Shown: positions 62,032 through 64,000 of the stretch, one piece after another | Numbering within the stretch: position 1 is the stretch's first letter | Layout: every line of letters starts with the position of its first letter | Origin: Chloroflexota bacterium | GTDB taxonomy: Bacteria; Chloroflexota; Limnocylindria; Limnocylindrales; CSP1-4 | Direction: 5' to 3' | Length of the DNA: 64,000 bases | NCBI GenBank assembly: GCA_004297395.1 | Contig: SCUO01000100.1 | Location: 3,043-67,042 of the forward strand | Notes under the pieces: model-generated | The model's input: the letters and a program-made list of their open reading frames with translations, nothing else | Databases searched by the model: none | Told to the model about the DNA's origin: nothing | Program-made: the position numbers and the translations under genes

Positions 62032-62292
62032 TCGCGGCTGGTCGACAAACCGGCCAAACGACGAAGGAAGCACGGCATCGGGGCGGTTCCGCCGTCATTC
62101 GGTCGACATCTCGGCCATTCGACGGCGGAGGTCGCGATTCCCGGGGCGGCGCAGCTGCTCCTTCGTCGGACGGTCGATACATCGGTCAGACGCCGCACCA
62201 GGACCGCATCCGGCCGGCCCAGGAACCTCCGTTCGCGACGTTCTCTGCCACGCGCGCTACGCTGCCATCTCCCGCCACCCGAGGTCGCAACG

Positions 62293-63189
62293 GTGAAGTT
62301 CGGTCTCCAGATCAGCTCGTTCTCGTTCCCGGGTGGCCCCGAGCAGCTCGGCCCGACCCTGGCCCGGATCGTCCGCACGGCGGACGAGGCGGGTTTCGAT
62401 TCCATCTGGGTGATGGACCACTTCTTCCAGATCCGCTCGGTCGGCCGGCCCGAAGAGCCGATGCTCGAGGGCCTGACCGCGCTCGGCTGGATCGCCGCCC
62501 ACTCGGAACGCGCGCGCCTCGGCCTGATGGTCGGCGGGGTCCACTACCGCCACCCGGGCCTCTGGATCAAGTCGGCGACGACCCTCGACGTCCTGTCCGG
62601 CGGACGGGCCTGGTTCGGGATCGGGGCGGCCTGGAACCAGGAGGAGTCGGAGGCTTTGGGCTTCCCGTTCCCGCCGCTCGGTGTCCGCTTCGAGCTCCTC
62701 GAGGACACCCTCCGGATGGCCCACGGACTGTGGTCCGGCGAGCGCGGCTCCGAGGAGGACTTCCAGGGCCGCCGCTATCGGGCCTCCCGGCTCCTGAACT
62801 CGCCCCAGTCGCTCAGCCGGCCCCGGATCCCGATCATGATCGGCGGTGGCGGCGAGCTGAAGACGCTTCGCCTCGTGGCCCGGTACGGTGATGCCTGCAA
62901 CGTCTTCGGCGGGCCCGAGAAGATCCATCACAAGTACGAGGTCCTGCGTCGCCATTGCGAGGCCGTCGGCCGGCCGTTCGAGGAGATCGAGCGCTCGAAC
63001 CTCCAGTCGGTGAACGTCACGTCCGACGGCGCCGGCGGTGCCGAATCGCCGGCCCAGGTCACGGACCGCTTCGCCGAGCTCGGCGACGCCGGGGCGCAGC
63101 ACGTGATCTTCAGTGTCCGCGACGTCTGGCAGACCGACAAGATCGAGCTCCTGGGGCGGACCCTGATCCAGGATCTGCGCGCGCTCTGA
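62293..63189 (+). CDS. LLM-class F420-dependent oxidoreductase
   Basis: MKFGLQISSFSFPGGP...GFDSIWVMDHFFQ...RLGLMVGGVHYRHPG...GRAWFGIGAAWN. Confidence 0.85.
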   Translation: MKFGLQISSFSFPGGPEQLGPTLARIVRTADEAGFDSIWVMDHFFQIRSVGRPEEPMLEGLTALGWIAAHSERARLGLMVGGVHYRHPGLWIKSATTLDVLSGGRAWFGIGAAWNQEESEALGFPFPPLGVRFELLEDTLRMAHGLWSGERGSEEDFQGRRYRASRLLNSPQSLSRPRIPIMIGGGGELKTLRLVARYGDACNVFGGPEKIHHKYEVLRRHCEAVGRPFEEIERSNLQSVNVTSDGAGGAESPAQVTDRFAELGDAGAQHVIFSVRDVWQTDKIELLGRTLIQDLRAL

Positions 63190-63330
63190 AGCGGGGGCCC
63201 CAGTACCTCCTTCTCAGGTGACCGCGGACGGCGCAGGGGCCACCATTCGGGGAGCAGCAGCCCGTCGAGGCACGGGTGGCTGCCTGCAGGCGAGGATCGA
63301 CGTGCCCCCGCGCCACGCTCGGCCGGATCG

Positions 63331-64000
63331 ATGTCGCTGAAGCCCCGCTGGCCCGCGCCGGCCCCGGGCTCGCGTGATCCCAACGCCGCGGGTGGGGCCG
63401 ATCCGGGCATCTCGCCGATCGATCCGGCCGGTCCGTTCAGGCCGCGACGCGTCCCCTTGGCCGCCCCGCCGGCCGACCGCGGCGGCCGCGGCATCACCGA
63501 GGCCATCGATGTCGGCACCGCGGCCCTCGTTCGGGCGACACCCCAGCTCGACCTCCGGGATCCGATGCTCCCGGCGGCCTTGCGGTTTGCCCGGCAGCAC
63601 GGGGCGGAGATCCTGCCCTCCCCGATCCTCGGGGCGTGGCGAACGCGGACGCTGACCGGCGCGGCCCGGGAACGCGAGACGCCCTGGGTGCTGGGCTTCG
63701 ACGCAGCGCCGAACTCGCCGGTCTATGACACGCCCGACGGTGTCGGCGCGCTGTGGCGGCCGCGCGAGCGGGACTGGCTGGAGCGCGACGCGACCGGCTT
63801 CGGCCAGCGCCTCCTCGGGCCGATCGCCCTGGCCGAGAACGTCGACTTCCTGGCGACGCTCGAGGGCGATGCCAGCCTGGCCGTCAGTCGCACCTCGGCC
63901 GAGATCCTGCGCGAGATCCAGCCCCGGATGGAGGCCGACCTCGCCGACTGCATCACCGGCACGGACCCGTGGCGCGACACCTTCGCGCTGTGGCTCCTTG
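63331..64000 (+). CDS. hypothetical protein, 5' part (the gene runs off the window end)
   Basis: My own translation of the frame containing 63331 is open from ATG 63331 to the window end. The later part looks coding-like (..YDTPDGVGALWRPRERDWLERDATGFGQRLLGPIALAENVDFLATLEGD..). It is absent from the ORF track, presumably because no stop occurs in the window. Confidence 0.45.
   Translation, partial: MSLKPRWPAPAPGSRDPNAAGGADPGISPIDPAGPFRPRRVPLAAPPADRGGRGITEAIDVGTAALVRATPQLDLRDPMLPAALRFARQHGAEILPSPILGAWRTRTLTGAARERETPWVLGFDAAPNSPVYDTPDGVGALWRPRERDWLERDATGFGQRLLGPIALAENVDFLATLEGDASLAVSRTSAEILREIQPRMEADLADCITGTDPWRDTFALWLL

Noticed and set aside
1-64000. Search for tRNA, rRNA, tmRNA, RNase P RNA, SRP RNA, CRISPR repeats, IS elements or integrases
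   Set aside because: I scanned by eye for T-loop (GGTTCGAATCC-like) contexts, regularly spaced repeats, transposase or integrase motifs and terminal inverted repeats, and found none. A computational scan (tRNAscan-SE, Infernal, ISEScan) would be decisive.

Overview
High-GC chromosomal segment that looks actinobacterial. Hand counts of single 60-nt lines give about 70% G+C in typical genes. Coding is dense: about 65 CDS, many joined by ATGA/GTGA start-stop overlaps. I saw no rRNA, tRNA, CRISPR array, transposase or integrase.

Main content, in order:
- An ECF sigma factor with a fused zinc anti-sigma (ZAS) domain.
- A UvrA-paralog / AraC / glyoxalase-like (VOC) cluster.
- A hybrid histidine kinase.
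- A NiCoT nickel/cobalt permease and Fur-family regulator operon with a TTGCAA-type operator.
- A cupredoxin / beta-helix / PLDc_N fusion protein.
- A membrane-anchored molybdoenzyme.
- The DUF3090 / SCO1664 gene pair.
- A NEW3-domain protein with an ABC-2 exporter.
- A 1185-aa TM0106-type nuclease-helicase.
- A MarR-flanked operon for amino-acid or guanidino-compound metabolism.
- aceE.
- A low-GC three-gene islet encoding a small metzincin protease.
- A long coenzyme F420 operon (cofD-cofC-cofE co-transcribed with LLM, PPOX, GNAT and DUF1684 genes).

I found no clear, self-evidently novel multi-gene system. The best candidates for follow-up are:
- the MarR-linked five-gene operon (33990-41116);
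- the low-GC metzincin islet (about 48.9-50.7 kb);
- the nuclease/RNase-H-like/SF1 helicase fusion (29132-32689);
- the sigma-ZAS fusion (1180-1992);
- the cupredoxin/beta-helix/PLDc_N protein (12629-14572);
- several repeat-rich or structured non-coding regions (775-814, 25623-26096, 26286-26781).

All family assignments come from reading motifs in the translations, not from searches. Start codons were chosen by hand (Shine-Dalgarno sequence, start-stop overlap, N-terminal sense) and may be off.
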